Below, piece by piece: positions 23,101 to 38,572 of a stretch of DNA of 64,000 bases. The stretch lies in the NCBI GenBank assembly GCA_973895155.1, contig OZ316893.1, forward strand, positions 10,421,660 through 10,485,659, given 5' to 3'. Numbering within the stretch: position 1 is the stretch's first letter; each line of letters begins with the position of its first letter. The translations under genes were made by a program, and so were the position numbers. Source of the DNA: Marsupella aquatica (Eukaryota; Plantae; Marchantiophyta). The notes beneath the pieces are model-generated. The model ran no database searches and was not told where the DNA came from. It worked only from the letters and a program-made list of their open reading frames with translations.

Positions 23101-26100
23101 GACCTTTATGTACATCATTAGACCTAGCACCAGCCCTTTATCATATATGGTCATTTCACGACTTTCTTGTGTTTCTATATCCTTCCTATTTGAAGTACCC
23201 CTTTTGTATCCCAGGCCAGTGACCAAGGGATTGATCATTTAGAGCCAAAACACTCAAACTTTTAGTTGTGCAGATTAGTTAGAGAACCCCTAGCTTATGT
23301 AAGCTTGGTTTTGTTCAACAAGTTGGAGGGATCCTTCTTTTAGGTACTACATCCAATTTGCCAAATCGTTTGGCAGCAGTGAGATAGACTGGTTGTTGGC
23401 AATTGCCACATAGAAATTGCAGTAGCTCTAGCTGCTGCGGAATATGCCCTGGCTGTGACTTCCAACAGCATGTCGTTCCCATTCTTTAGGCGTTGCTGTT
23501 GTATGGACACAAAATAGTTGAGTCTGGTGCAAAAGTCATGGACTACAGGACACGAATGGAAGTAAAAGGGTTTCTTAAGTTCTCTTGTTACTCCCCCAGT
23601 TACTCCTATGTCCACAGTGGCCAACTGGTTTCTTACATTACCTTGGTAAGTGTTACATTGACAAGAGTGGAAGTTGAACTGTTTCTTATGTTCTTTTGTG
23701 ATTATTCTATCCATAGTAGCCAAAGAGTTTCTTACGTTGCCTTGGTGAATGTTACAGTAGTAGTTGAAGAGTTTCTTTTTACCCACAGTTATTCCAAACA
23801 TTTGCCAAATTAAATACAAAATTCAAAAATTACCTGAGAAGACTGATATATCAATCATGACCCATCCAAAGGCTGATTTCTTTCACCCATTTTTTACCCC
23901 CTTTCTTTGATTATTTGGAGTGTTACTTTTCAGTTTCCATTTTCTGCACACTTACGGGGTCTAATTGTTTTTCTTTGCCTTGCCTCAAACACAAACAGTC
24001 ATGTTTGTTCTTTTTGCATAAGTAACTGTGCCTTTTTGTGACCAATAGAGCTGATGTGGTTGCATGTGCTTCTACGGATGTTGGAACTAAGGAGTTTCCC
24101 TGGGGCCCATAAAAATGGAAACACTCATAATTCCTTCTCATCCCCTTCTTCTCCATTAGACAAAATGATTTGACCACTAATCCTGCAACTAATTGGGACA
24201 ACTATCTCTATGGGGATGCAAAAGTGTGAATGTGCAACCAATGAACTCAAGAAGAATAAGAAGGTCAAGTGAAAAATTGGCAAATGCTAGTATGATTTAG
24301 TGCTCAGGGCAGATAAACTATTCCAGTTTGAGATGACCAGTGCAGCTTATGTTTTAAGGTTTTCACTTTTTTGCTAGAGTGGCCAAGGTCCAGTGTGTGA
24401 AGGACAAAATGCTCAAAAATTTATTATCAGATTATTTTCCTGACCATCAGATCTCCCAAGATTTAAGGATGACCGTTAGATTCTGGCTAATAGGGCCTAT
24501 GATTAGGTGGGACACTGGCAAATGAGACAGAAAATTACTAGCAAAATTTTGCCAAAAGTGACAAAATGTTTTGGGGAGGTGGACTTTGGCAATTTTTTGC
24601 CACTGAAAAACTTGCTGGATCAGTGATCAGTATCAATGCCCAATCATATGAGTACTCTACAATACCTACCTAGCCCCAACTACCTGTTCTCTGAGCATGA
24701 ATAGCAGGGAGGATAAGAAAAATGTCACCAAAATATATTCTTTATTCACATTTTTTGAAAGTTAATGAGATAATAGAAAACCATCACGCATGTCATCATT
24801 TTAATAATCATATATAACATACCACACTCTTTTCTATGCACATCACTCTTTCTATGCACATATGTTATGGTGAGATCATAGAGCATTTTTTAATATAAAT
24901 TAAAATCATGACAAAAAGCATGCATGATTATCATTTGACACACATTAATATAGTCATGAGTTTTCCAATCCACATGATGAGCCATGGAGTTACGGACTAG
25001 AGGTTTCACTCTAGAAGCCTAGGCCCTAACTCTAGCTTGTAGTTGACGCTTTATAACTAAGATCCACTAAGGGGATGTATGTACGAGGGTTTACCGTATA
25101 AGAGGTTAGAGTGTGGGACCTACAACTGGTTCATGGTGACACTGCAATGCCAGATTAGAATGCAAAATCCAAACTCAGAGTGATAGGGCAAGGCATTATG
25201 CATCACGGCCAGGCTTAAGGTGGAGGTCATTGAGCCCTAATTTCTTTATGTAAGTGCGTGAACTGCTTGGGTTGCAGTTATGTCATCATGCACATACCCT
25301 AAAGTGCATAAACTTAAGTCATGCGATGGATAAGTGTATGTTTGGGATCTTCTAGGGAGCCTCCTGACCAGTTAGACATGTAGGCTGTACTGCACTTTTC
25401 TTGTCCTTAATTTCATTATTATTTTTAGTGGTCTACATTCCACTGCATTGAAAAGTATTTGCCATTTTTGGCAAAAATCCTCTAGGTTGTTTTGTTTTAG
25501 ATTAGCTACTGTAGCTTCCCACCCACCCACAAACTCCATTTGCCAAAATCGGATGGTTATCCATAAATCTAGGGAGACCAAATGGTAAAAGAAAAAAAGC
25601 AATCCATCAAACTTAGATAAAGGACTATTCTTTGCATTTCATATGGTCACTCAAAGTGACATGTGCCACCCTGGCCAAAAAGAAAAGACCTTAAATCAAA
25701 AGTTACCCTGCTTGATTTCCTCCCCTTACAACGTCAATGCAGGATTGGACTGTTCCTTGTCCTTGATTTCGTCCTCTCCCTTCTCCCCCTCCTCCCCTTA
25801 GTCTGTAGGTAATTAAAGTAATGCACTTTTCCTGTGTTGTCCTTGATTTCCTCCTAAAGCTTACAGCACTTTTCCAAGGCAGGATTATGATCTTTGAGTT
25901 TCCCTGAAACGTGTCGTCTCATAACTATGCAACACCTGAGCATGCAGAGCGACAGTTTTCACCTTTAGTCTCACAGGAACCAAGGAAAACCTTAATTTCC
26001 ATCATTGATGTAACACATCTGAGGGTCTTGTAGAAAATAGTGATCAAATTTTTTGAGAATTTATAAGTCTGTAAACCAACTGATAATGGAGTTGTCCGGG

Positions 26101-29100
26101 GAGTTGTCTTGCATGGAGCTGGGTCTTAAGTTTTTGGCCCTAAACTGATAGTGCCTCATTAGCCCGCCTCAATTGTGTGTTAAGCAGGGATTGAAGGGCA
26201 AAGTCCAAACTCCCCATCATTGAGAGTTACAGAAGTATCCTTGAATCAATCTGGACTCCCCCAATTGTTATAAAATCTTGAAGCTTCCTGACCTGAAGAG
26301 TTACAGGGTTAACGTACCTTGCAACTCAGGCCCTGGCCAGCCTAGTTTCCCTAGTGAAGGCAAAACCAACCCAAGCTAGGTGTCTGGCCTGGTAATTGCA
26401 AGCACATCAAAAGCCAATTAGAATAACACTCAATAATTTCAACGGAATAGTTGGGTCTATAATGGGATGGAGTGATATATTACACCATGCATAAATCTGA
26501 TACTTATTATAGTTGAGTTTATTTATTTATTATCATGGTATGGAGTGATATAGTACACCTTATATTAAATTATCACAGTTTGAGGATTCCCCAAAAACCA
26601 TCTGGTCGTTTCTGGCACAGAGTTGGTTCAATTACTTGTTTGCCAGCCAATAGTGAGAATAATTGAGTTTCTCATGGCAATGACATAGTACACATTATAT
26701 TATACTATAATTGTGACATTTTGATTGCAGTTACAGGTCACATTTTCATGCGCAATTAAAGGGCACGCCGCAAGCCACATTAGTATCCTTTTGAACTACG
26801 CAAAATTGCCTGAATTGCTCGATGCAGAGTATATGCCAGCACGAAATCTCTAAGGTACAGAACTGTGCTATGTATCACACTTCACTAGGTTGATGCTTTT
26901 CTCCAGGCAGAAAAGTGCAGGTTAGCATGCAACCCCTTGAAATTGTGGGTGGCGAGTGGAAGATTCATATACAGTAGTACAGTCTAATTATGCAGTGCAA
27001 AGTCCTCTCCCGGCACCTCACCTGTGAATGCAGCTAAAGGGGCGTGCGAGCGAGCGATTGCAGATATGTAATCTTGCGTGCACCTCAGAAGTAAATTAGC
27101 GTCCAAGCTCCTTGCAGTTGTACATATATATGATTATCAAACTGCCAAAAGGTTGTACAGCAAGTTTTTCAGAAGGTCCCTCAGTCACTGCAACTAGATA
27201 TTTTTTTGGTTTGGCACAAAGGACGTCGATTTACCACTGCACCGGCGAAGGCAACGAATCAGCAGAATTTGGGTATCGAGTCATAGAATGATATCAGCAG
27301 TATGTGCAGAATGGTGCCACTTCGCGGCCCTCGCATCCGGGACGGGTTCATGAGGCGTGTGAAAGACGGTGACTTGTGCCCGGTCTTGTACTCCAAGTCT
27401 CTGGAAATTATTGTGATTTCAGTCAGTCGTCGAGAATCAAGCTCGGCTCTCCTCAATAATTGGAGTATTGACCGTGTAAAGACTTCTAGAAATAGTTTGG
27501 ATTTCTCACAAGAATTTAACCGAATTTATTCCAGACTGACTGAGACCAGGTTGACTTGCAATTGACGGTCGCAATACGTCGTTGCGTTGCTCACTCATAA
27601 GTATCTAATGTGCACTTGTACAGCGGTATGCCCGGCCGGACCATCGTTGGTCGTGTCGTTACTCGGGACAAAGACTCCGATGAATCGGGGCCGGACTGCT
27701 TTGTCTCCCACTGCGTCTCCTTCACTGAGTGTTCAGATCAATTTCGATCTAGTGTTCGAATACTCCGCTATGTTCCGTTTCGGGGTCCATGACATATGCC
27801 GAGTCCCCTAGGCATCTCAGTCGTCGTCTTCGAAGATGTTTACACAGGTTGCCCGCCATGGAATTTATGCATGGAAGTGGGGATCAGAGCTGGGGCCAAG
27901 TCACAGCTTAAAGCTCGCACATTCATTCACAAACTACCCTCCTGGAATAGACTGCATTCATAGGTGGGCCGGGGGAGCTTTAGGTTGATAAGTGATCATA
28001 CTCGTTGCGTACAGCATTCACATTGCTGTCATCTGAAATGTCTCGTCCTCAGTAATACTACTGACTCCTAAGTTCTCGATCAATTGCGTTGACAGTTGTT
28101 TGGTAGTCAGCTCCAGCTGGATCACTTTGCTTTTTTTACAAGAATCTTGACAGTGCATGGTTTAGTTACAGCTTTTCTGAGATTAGGTCGCAGTTCCAGG
28201 AACCAGCCTTGGTTGCTAGCGACACTCTCATAATTACTGATTTCAACGCAGTAGTACGATTGACCGCATTTACTAGGAATCGACTAAATTAAACTATCAT
28301 GAAAACAAATCTCCGCTTAGTTACATTTTCTTGTCGTCACTTTTCTGCGTTCGCTGAATGATGATGTATGACCAGTCCACTGGAGTCACTGATACCTCGC
28401 AGGAACTGTCTATATGAGAACAGCCTATGCAAGGGACACCGAAGACCAGAACGCTTTGTTGACTTCTTAGGAAGAAATCGTGCCTTACTTCACGAGAACT
28501 GGAACCGTAGAAACTCCAGGGTCGCAAGGACAAAATAGTACATGGAGCTACTCGTCCAGGTCCTTCGATTTCTCGGGAGGAGTGGAAACACATTTTGAAA
28601 TTGTAATGAAGGGATGCAGCCTGCAATATTGCTTGATTGTCCGAGTTGCTGTTGCTTAAACCTAATTGCGTCGGGTGTTGGATCGATCACAGGCTACACT
28701 TACCGTATACCTGATTCAACGTTTGCAATTGTCATGCAAACGACGCAAGAAACGACATAAGAGCTCACATTTTATGATTCTGTTGCCGTCAAAATGAAAA
28801 GGGAAACAGAATTTAATCTTTTGAGTCATAGTGCCCAATCAAAAGATTAATCACACGTGCAACTGTTGTTATTATTAACTGCAAGACTATGAATATAAAA
28901 CAAAATAATACGATAATGCACGCTTTCCTCCTCAGTTGGCTAACGAGCACAGCTTGAACTCTACGGTGATCGGCGCAATACTCAAATACTCTGAGCGAGG
29001 TTTGATTGCAAGAAGTTACACATCTCCGTACATGACAATGCCCCTAACTCGTGTCTATGGTGTTAAATGCATGCTTTTCTGCAGATTTTGCTCATTCCGA

Positions 29101-32100
29101 ATAGCTAGGTACTAAGGCTTAAGTGAGATCGGAGCTCCACCTCATCATTCAAATCCATGATGCAAGTTTACTTTGTATTTGATTGTGGGCGAGAGAGGCA
29201 ACTCGTCGTTGTCAGGAAGGCTTCTCCTTAATCTTTCGGAAGAACTGGCGGCAATGCGCCTTGACCGAGCAGCTCTGATTGATCAATCCTTGATTCCGAT
29301 CGTCTTGTATTGTAGGAAGTGAATCAGGCAACTGTTTAAGAACGGGCAGCATAGCAAAACTTATTCTCAGCATGCTTCAATCTAACTCGTATGAAGCAGT
29401 TGCAGTTTGTATACCATGGATGCTCCTGTTTGGAGCACACATTTAAGGCATACAATAAAGAGAGAAGTCGATTTGCTTCCTGAATACCCGGAGATCTGCT
29501 CGATTTTCGGAATATTTTCAAGTCTTTGATTACAATCGCAACTGCTGTGCAGCTAGCGGACATCGCCAGTCTCGCTGTAGACGAATCATCCAATTGTTGA
29601 TTCATTTGTGTGAGGAAATATTTTTCGCGAAATTGCACGAGCATCAAGGGATTCCCTGTCTTGCTGTTCTGCTACGAACCAATATGCCTTCGATACTTCG
29701 TTTTGTTGAAACATGTCACTTACTCACTAATTTTCTTCATGCAAACGTACCCTGATAAGTTCTCAGACTACGTCATTAACGCTCCCCAGTCGAGACTCTT
29801 TATGTGAGTCTGTAAATACCTCAATTCCAAATATGTACGTTGAATGATGTCCTAGATGAAAAGACATGTATCCGTTATCTTCTGAATACGAGCTCTTAAC
29901 CTTCTCAACGATTGATGTGTTGTGTCTTTCATTCAACATGCAATCGCAGGCTTAATCCGTTCAAAGCAAATTAAAGTGGAAGTATGCATTCAACAAGGGA
30001 ACTCCATTCACTCATCTTATCCAATCATTACAATGTTATTCAATTCGTGCTGTACTGTAAGTCGTTCGCGGAGGTCTTTGCTCAATAGCCTCACGAGATA
30101 TCTTTCTGCGTAAGATACATTTTTACTCCTCTTCATATTTGGAACAAGTTTCGGACCCAAGTAGACTAATTTCAGTCTAGTTTTCATCTCCACGAGTCTC
30201 AAGGTGGGACATCATTCCATGAAGGTGGACAGAATCTCGTCACTAAACCGTCACATAACCCTGCTCAATGCTCTCCGGAGCCAGTGAAGCTACCCACGGC
30301 TGAGCTTAAAGCTTATGCTGTCAATATATATGTGAGGTTGAACTTAACTGCCGCAGTCCTGCTGCCCCAGAACGTTTCCACTTCCAGGTCACAATTCTTC
30401 TAGTTACCTCGCACGAACAAAGACATTGGCGAACGTGCCCAGAAAATCTAAAAAAGCAGGTTTCGAGGATCTTCGTAAGCATCGATTCTGTTCACATTTT
30501 GTTTTATATAATGAGCTTTTGCTAACTACTGGGCTGGAATGTAGAGACCTAAACAACCTCGCGTTGGAAAAATTTGCCCTTCATCTCGCCTAGTTTGCCA
30601 CCCACCGCAAACAAATTGCTGCACACATGAGCCGACCGACTCGATGCAACTCACCAGGCACTGTCTTGTCAACGAGGCTCTGAGTTTCAGGCAGACGCGT
30701 CGAGATTAAATTAAGCATAAGAAGTACGCTACTTGTGCACACGTGGCCAATCATTATCAACAAGCATCTTTCAAACATTGTCTTTCTTGGGGACTGATAC
30801 AGCACACGGAAGAAACAAATATACATTGACGGGGCATCTATTTAGCATGCCACAATATCTTGCAGCTGCATTGGAGGAGAGTAGTGCTAGCTTGCGGTTT
30901 ACGTACGCACAAACCACATGGCAAGAGGAGGAAACAGCATTCGCACTGTGCACTCAAAGGAGGGAATAAAAATGCAAAAGAAATCCTTCCTCTAGCATCT
31001 TCTTTAGAACCATTTTTGACTGTAGCTAGCACTCGTGAATCCTTATCCAACTAGAGTTTAAAATCGCAAATTCTCACTGGCATCCCTGAATCCTTATCCA
31101 CACTAGGATGTCTCAAAGTCAATGATCGAATATGCTATAATTTCTGAATCATAGACAACAGAGTGGAACGTGGAAGGTCTGAGTGAGTCCTCCTTCTAAC
31201 TAGAATGTGCGAGCCCGTACAAGAATCTCGGAATCCTAATTGCACCACTAGTCTTAAATTCCCCGCTTAAAGTCTTGATTTCTCACAAGTATTATGAGCA
31301 CGAGCTTTTAATAATCAGACTTCCATATGATATATTTGAACACTTAGCTTCGAGTATTGCTTCAGACGATGAAAATTCCATTGGAGTGAAAATGATAATC
31401 AAGGCAAAGTGCTGGAGCATTTAACGAGAAACAAAGCTAGAGTATGGATGGAAGCCTCGAATACAGTCAGTAAGATTGCAAGTGACGCTCCATAACTCAC
31501 AGTTTCTTTTGACTCTTTGCTAATTGCTAATTTTGCAATAGTCACTTACTGTACATTGAAAAGTGGTTTGACTGGTTTATTAGAGCATTGGATGGAGAGA
31601 AACTGGCAGAGAATCTATGACGTTGCGTACAAAGAGCATATCGTGAGTACGAATGGAATGACATACTAGTCGTCCCCAATTCAAAGTCCAGGGGTGCACC
31701 CATGTCGTGACTAGCTAGAAGGAACATGATCATACGCCTGCGTCCATCCTGATAAGCAACGTTATGTTGTTGATTTGTACAGGTGCAGCTATCTGCATAT
31801 TAATGTCTTGGCAGATCTAACTGTATGATGGGAGAGATAAACATACCGTACCGCTGGTCAGGCCATTTTCATTTCTTTGTTGGGATTAGACTGCTGTGGC
31901 TTGTCCCGCGATTCAGGTCAGCAGCTTTGTGAGAGACATTTTTCTAGGTGAGTGCGGATCCTTTTTCGCTACTACGACGAATGATCGAGTCCATCTGATG
32001 CACACTGTGTAGGGTATACATACAAGTATAGCATCCACCTAATAAGCGTCAGTGCAAGTCCATTTCGTAAGTTGTCTGGTCGGAGCGACGGAGACTCGGA

Positions 32101-35100
32101 ATGAAATCCTGAGAGGCCCAGCTGGTCTTGATCCTTTCACAAGCATTTTATTTTCAAAATATCTACTTATTTTAGTCCGCAGCAATTTGTTAGCCATGTT
32201 CACTCGCGTCAGTGCGCAATTGTGCCGTGATACTCATCTAAGTATGACGTTTGCAACTCATTGGTAATGGCGCAAAATCATTTTCGGAGAAAGGAGTACA
32301 ACATGGTCTGTTCTCAGAAATCCAATGCAGAACGACGAACTGTTGGTCTCCCAAACAGCTACTGGGTAACGTTCTTCAATGCGTGTAATTTGTGCAGGCG
32401 ATGAAAGATACCGTAATCCTGCAACCTATGATAATTGTCTCTCTGCTTTATATTCTGACGGGCCATTTCCTGCATAAATATGATTCTGTTGGCTCTGGAC
32501 CAGTGCTTTGGTTTGTCCGTCTCAGCAGTTCTTTGGGAAGATTGGCTCATGCAGCAGGCGAGTTTCTCTGAATTTGAAAATCATGTGGGTAAAAATGAAG
32601 AGCAGTCCCTTCTCCAGTGTTGAACTATTAATTAACCTCTCGTTAGATATATCTACTATATAAAATAACTTACAGACAAACACCCGAACCCAAAGACAAG
32701 GTATCAATAATGATGCAGAGACCGATTAAGGAATACGTCGTGGAGGGTTTCCTAGACACGCAATGTTTGAAAAAACAATCAGCGCTAGGATGGTATCCAT
32801 AATACAAATTATATTTGGATCTCTTTCGGAACCCGAAAGAACAGCATTCTCTTGGACGTGAGTTTTCGGTTTTGCGGCTATGGCTGAATTTAACGTTTAT
32901 TTCCTGCCGAAGTTGTTTTTTGTGGCCGTATATGGTGGTGTGGCATCTATAGTCTGGGAACAGTCCGCATCAACTTGCAAGGAAGTGATGTCACGGGTCG
33001 TTTGTGTCTCTCGTCAAGATCCACGCGAGGGGTTCTACATAACATGTTATGACATCATCCTTCATTAATATCCACCGAGGTGCCGGACCAACACTCCAAT
33101 TTCGCATTACCTAGAGCCTATTTCTTCAATCTAGAGTCTCTGGCCGTCCGAAACCTACGCTAGGCCCCTGACAGAGCCAAGGAATTGCTTTGGACGAGAA
33201 TCTGTCCCTATTAAAACAGCTGTTAGTAGCTATCTAGATTTGGAATTCCTTCTGCCTTCATTATAAATATCGTAACTCCCTGATGTTGCAAGCCTGCAAG
33301 GCAAGAGTGGTATGCGAGGGTGACGTAATGTGACTCACCCTACAATTGTACCTCTCATGATCCCTATAAGATGAATGGTGTTGAACATCATTCTTCTGGT
33401 CGTCTGCCAAGAAAGAGTTCACATTTTATTCTTCCAAAACTGCCAAGTTCAATCTAGTTAGTTATTTAAATATAAAAGGATTCCTTGGTATATAGTGCGA
33501 GCGCCAATAATTTCGCTTGCTTCTACGAATCACTTTTCCGGTGTAGTAGTTGAGAAGAATTCTTGGGTTCACTGGAGTTCATGGCGTGTAAAAACCAGTA
33601 TATTATTCATGGTAAGAGTGTAAGTAATACTATTCGTCAAGCTCTAAACACATTGCGTCACATGATAAGTATTACCGTCACTAACCATTCCTAATCTTAC
33701 GGCATACTTGTTAGTGGACACTCCATTATGATTTTAAGCGTACACACTACCCCGTGCACACTACACACACCGAGAACAGAGTGAACACCAATCAAAGAAG
33801 AAGCAAAAGTTAAGCTTCAACCTGGCTTCCAGCATAGTATCCCCTAAAACGACACCAACTTAATCCTCGGCCTATGGCCCACAATCGTTTCATTGCGCAG
33901 ACAATGTCGTGTATAGACGTCCCCCGTGATGTTTTCTATGTCAACCATTTTTCGTGCCAACAATCTCTACTGCCCACCACCTTTGGGCCAAACGCAATTC
34001 TGTGTAAACCCGCCCGTGCCATGCACAAGCCACCAAGACTCCTTACTCCACTTTGTACCTATCATCTTAATTAATATAATCTGTCACGAATATTCTGGAC
34101 GAGGGCAGAGGAGTCGCCACCTTATTGTGGCTTTATCACAAGAAACCGGGAACAGTTTGAGCTCGTTTGCTCGCAATGATATTGGAGGGCCACCACACCA
34201 ACACTTTTTCAGATGAGATGCAATGAATGCAAATCCCTTGAATCAAGCAGCTATCAGTTAGACAAATGTCTTAGCTCAGAACGTAGGCATTAGCTTGGGC
34301 CCACTACTTGACATGTGAATCAATAGTCATCAGAGCTGAATGTGCCCCCAAGTTCTGGTCAAGCCACCTGCAGCCATATTCCTTCAATCCATGGTTCATA
34401 TCTAGTTTCAAACGGGGAAGAAATTTGAGAAGATGTCCAGAAGGCCACCCTTAGAGCCATCTTGCATGTAAGGTGCCCTTTCTTTCGAGGCCTTGAGTTC
34501 TCCCTAATTTGCTGATGCTAGGTGTCACTCAGCCCAGCTTTAGTGGGCATACCTCATTTTGTCTTACGTAAATTTCACAGATCAGTTCTCCAGCAAATAT
34601 GCGATCAGGCCTACATGGATTCTCAGTCAATATGTGAATGTCATCCCTTAAGCAAAACGAAGGTCTGCCCATACGCAAGTTGGCTCTTGGTTACTTACAG
34701 AATTATAAAAATAGGCAAGAAACTCACTCTCACCGTCAAAACATACATGATTATGGAATCTTCCCCCTGCCTATCTTTGCTCCAAAATCATCGTTGCTCC
34801 AAAATCTGGCATCACACCTTGCCATCTTCCATGTCTTGGATGACTTGCTTTCGATCAGGTTCTGTTCAATCTATGTCACCCGAAACATTGCTAACTTAAG
34901 CGTTCAATTGGAGAGGCAAAAGATTATGGAAAATTAATCAAACAGACAAAAATGCTAGGTAACGGACTGTAGATGCGAACGATGGAAGATCAAGTTACAT
35001 CCAAAGCGATATCCTCTGTAAAGACTGGTGAAGCTGAGGGGGGCTTTACAAGACGGTGGGGGCCGTTCACTCTTTCTTCATCCAGAGCAAAGCTGATGGC

Positions 35101-37475
35101 CATTTCATTCCACAAAAGTTAAAATGCCTGAGCCAAAATGTGTCAGGTCTGGAAGTATTCAATGCAATTCCCTTAAAACAAGCGGCCGTTTGCTCCAAGT
35201 TTTTAGACCACCTCAAGAGGAGGTCTAAGTTTTTGACAAAAAAGCTTACACACCTCACCAAAAAAAGGGACCCACTGACAGATGACTAGGTTCGGTAATG
35301 CTTTTTGTTCATTGTGCCCCCAAGTTCATGTAAAGTGAAGTGTGGCCAGTTCCCACATATGAATGGCTAGGATTGCATCTTTCACTTAGAAAAAATGGAA
35401 TGGCTGCCCCCAAGTTCTTGTAAAGCCCCCCTGAGGTGTCCTCGATCATGCATGATAGTTTTAGCGACGGTCCGGTGCATCGTCTTCGGGTGGTGAGAGA
35501 GGCCGCAGGACCGGTGAAAGGCACCGCACCGCATTGTGGAGCAGAGCGTAGCCGCAGCTGCAGCAAAGCAGGCGTCTTCGTTAAGAAATTTGTCGTGCAT
35601 GGAGTTTGAAGCCCAGGGCAACCGGCAGAGAATGTCAACGATATTGTATGACTTCGTGATCAAAAGTAATCGGTGCACCCGTCCGTGCATGGCTGACCAT
35701 ATGCATCAACGCTTGCCTTGTCTTGTCTGATGTAGTTTTGTAGTCGTGTTCGGCGGAGGGGAGTTGGGAAGGCTGCAAGCCCGCAACGAACGGATCGACC
35801 CGAATTGTTGTGCCCTATCATAGACTCGTAGCTTTCGTAGGGTTATTTAAAGTTCCAGGACCGAGTTTCCCGGTGAGACGGATTGGTTTTGTTTGGTTGG
35901 GTTGATTTCATCAGAACATCAATGGCAAGGCATGTCTGGTAAAAGCTGTGGTGTGGACCCTGAAACTCCAACGGGAGAGGGAGAAATTAATACAAAACGG
36001 ATGGCTAATTCTGGTAAACTGTGATATTGGCTGTGTTTGTTTAATCCAAAGCGGGGAACATTTGATATTGGCTGTTATTGTTGAATCCAAAGTGGGGGAC
36101 AGGTGTCTGAAGATATTTAGATGGCGGTGCTTCGACAGCCTGGTCAATGGTTCACTCATGGAAGGACAGCAGCCTGTTTGAGAACAAGTATCTGCTGCAC
36201 TTGTGGGCAAGATGAACACAATGTCGACCACTTGCATGTTCATGAAACGAATGCAAAAGAATGAAGCGATCACAAGTTCATCACTCGCAAGAGAAGGAGG
36301 TCGATCAAATGCGAAGCAACATTCTATTATTGTGATAACGCATTACTCAGTTTTTGCATAATTATGAGCTCAATCTCAGCCTGGATGGCAAAGCAAAGAG
36401 AGGCAGACTGCGATGTGCGAACTCTGTTCCAATTATAGCAGACTCACAACTACGTCAAGCGCAACTGTATTTGCGGCAACGTCCGCCCTGTCCATCCACT
36501 AGTTAATTTGCTTATAAGCCCGACTTTAGAGGAAATGCCTGCCCATTGACCTTGACCACTAATAATACAGAATCAAATGAATTCCACTTTTGCTGCCTGC
36601 ACTTGTTTGGTCTGGAGCAGAGTTGTTCCTATGTGCCACTGACACATTGGAGAATGTCGGGTTGTCAACCAGCAAGAGAGCCAAAAACGACGTCTCGTGG
36701 TTCAGTCTTCTATTTGGGGTCTACCGCGTGTTGAGCTGATGATTCTATGATGACAGCAACACGAAGCTCTGGCGGTCCTCCATTTGCAGTTTTGCACCGC
36801 ACCTGATGAAAGAGTTTTAGTCATCGCACCTTGCGAGCTCGAAGTTGCGGCCGGACAAGGGTGGTGGAAGTATCCAGTGGTGCGGGTTATCAAGTTACTC
36901 GATCGGGCCCTCCAGACGTCCATTTCCCCCGCCAGCAATTCTTTGCCAATTCCAATCAATATATGCCCTCTGACTGTCAAGTTTATAGATGAAAGCATGC
37001 ATAAATGCCGTTCATCATTTCCAGCCCTGGCCAGAGAGGGAGCCACACAGTTGGCTCTTACTAACAATTGTTGTCCTCTCTGCAAATTTAGTCATTTCCT
37101 TTTGCGGCTTGGCTACTTCCCGGGGCTACTTTAGGTGCTTTAACCAACGGACCGTATCTCCTCCTGAGTTAATTAATGCGGATAAGCCCTGCGTACTGTA
37201 CCGGGTGCTGAGATTATTCTTCCTCCACTTCTGCTACTGTGTGGTCAGCCAAGATTCTCTTCCTCTTTATTATAATTCCCCCGGAGGTGCACATCCTTTG
37301 TCTCAGCCTTTGGTAGAACACTGTGGGAGAGACGTATAGTTCGCTTTTGATCTACCTACCCTTTGCATGAGGGATCTTTGGCCCCAAGCGTCCAGTGCCA
37401 GCAGCAAATCTAGGCGCCGGTCGGTTGCAACTTGCGCAGAAATTCTGTTCCAAAATCCATCTCTGCACGTTCGAC

Positions 37476-37550
37476 TCACTCCGAGTTTCTGAACGTTTCG
37501 CTCGTACTTGAGTCGTCACTCCGAGTTTCTGAACGTTTCGCTCGTACTTG
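37476..37550. repeat. Perfect 35-bp direct duplication (period 40)
   Basis: TCACTCCGAGTTTCTGAACGTTTCGCTCGTACTTG at 37476 and 37516. Confidence 0.9.
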
Positions 37551-38478
37551 CACTTCCAGTCTCTCCCCACAGCTGCTTCAACAAAGCTCCAGCAGCTAAG
37601 CAGCCGCACAGTAAGTTGGATTTCTGCCCTGTTGCTCTGCCGGGCACAGAACTCAGACTGCAACTCTACAAACTCGCTGAAATTGATCCGAGAAACCTCC
37701 CATCACGATTAACAGGCCTAGATAAAAAGTGTCGTCGTTCATTATGGCTCTGCAAACTTGCACGAGTGGGCATCTGTAAAGACCGTTGACCGGTCTCCAC
37801 TGGGTTAACTAAAAAATAGATCCAGTAAAGCCTACTCATTTCCCTGCTTGAGTCCGATCTGACACCTTACCCACGATATGAAAATTGGCGGAGGGACGCG
37901 AGGTCAGAGGGAGCTCAAATCATTTGACGCAACACATGCATGGTCGTTGAGCTGACCTTAGTGAGCTGGACAAAGCCAGAGCTGGTGAGTGTACGTGCAA
38001 AGGCAAGGTCGATTCAAGGGCACTAGAACTCAAGATAAGACCTGCAGTCTCCGATTTTCGAAATCTCGGGACGAGCAAGTAGAACATGACTGTGGGTAGA
38101 TGACTTACTGCAGAATCAAAGGTCTCGCTAGTAATCCCACAAGAAGATACCATGTACCCTGAAATAAGCTTCCTGGCAGTCGTAGTTCTCAATCCGAGGG
38201 AACTTGGACAAGAACCATAGAAGTGCATTTGAATGTGCTCAGCAATCCAGGTGATTCCGAACTGCAAAGAAATCATTAATGATACTTTATTCCGTTAGAG
38301 TAGACGGTCACAAATGAGCGGACCCAAAGTGAGGTTATCAAATTGAGCGCATCCGAGTCATCATCACATCTCAGAAGATCTGAGAGCATCAAAATCTGGG
38401 TGTCGCTTCAGATCCTGGGCGGCACAACTCTCTCTCATAAATGCGTAAAGTCCAGTTCAATATATATGTCGTTGAACG

Positions 38479-38572
38479 TTTTCCAGAATCCGCAACGTTT
38501 AAGAAGATCTAACAATCTTTGTGGTTTAACTTTTTCCAGAATCCGCAACGTTTAAGAAAGTCTAACAATCTT
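38479..38572. repeat. Near-perfect 41-bp direct duplication (period 53)
   Basis: TTTTCCAGAATCCGCAACGTTTAAGAA..TCTAACAATCTT occurs twice. Confidence 0.85.

Noticed and set aside
21684-24862. Short direct duplications at about 21684/21724, 22502/22542 and 24825/24843
   Set aside because: Ordinary local slippage or repair duplications with no further structure.
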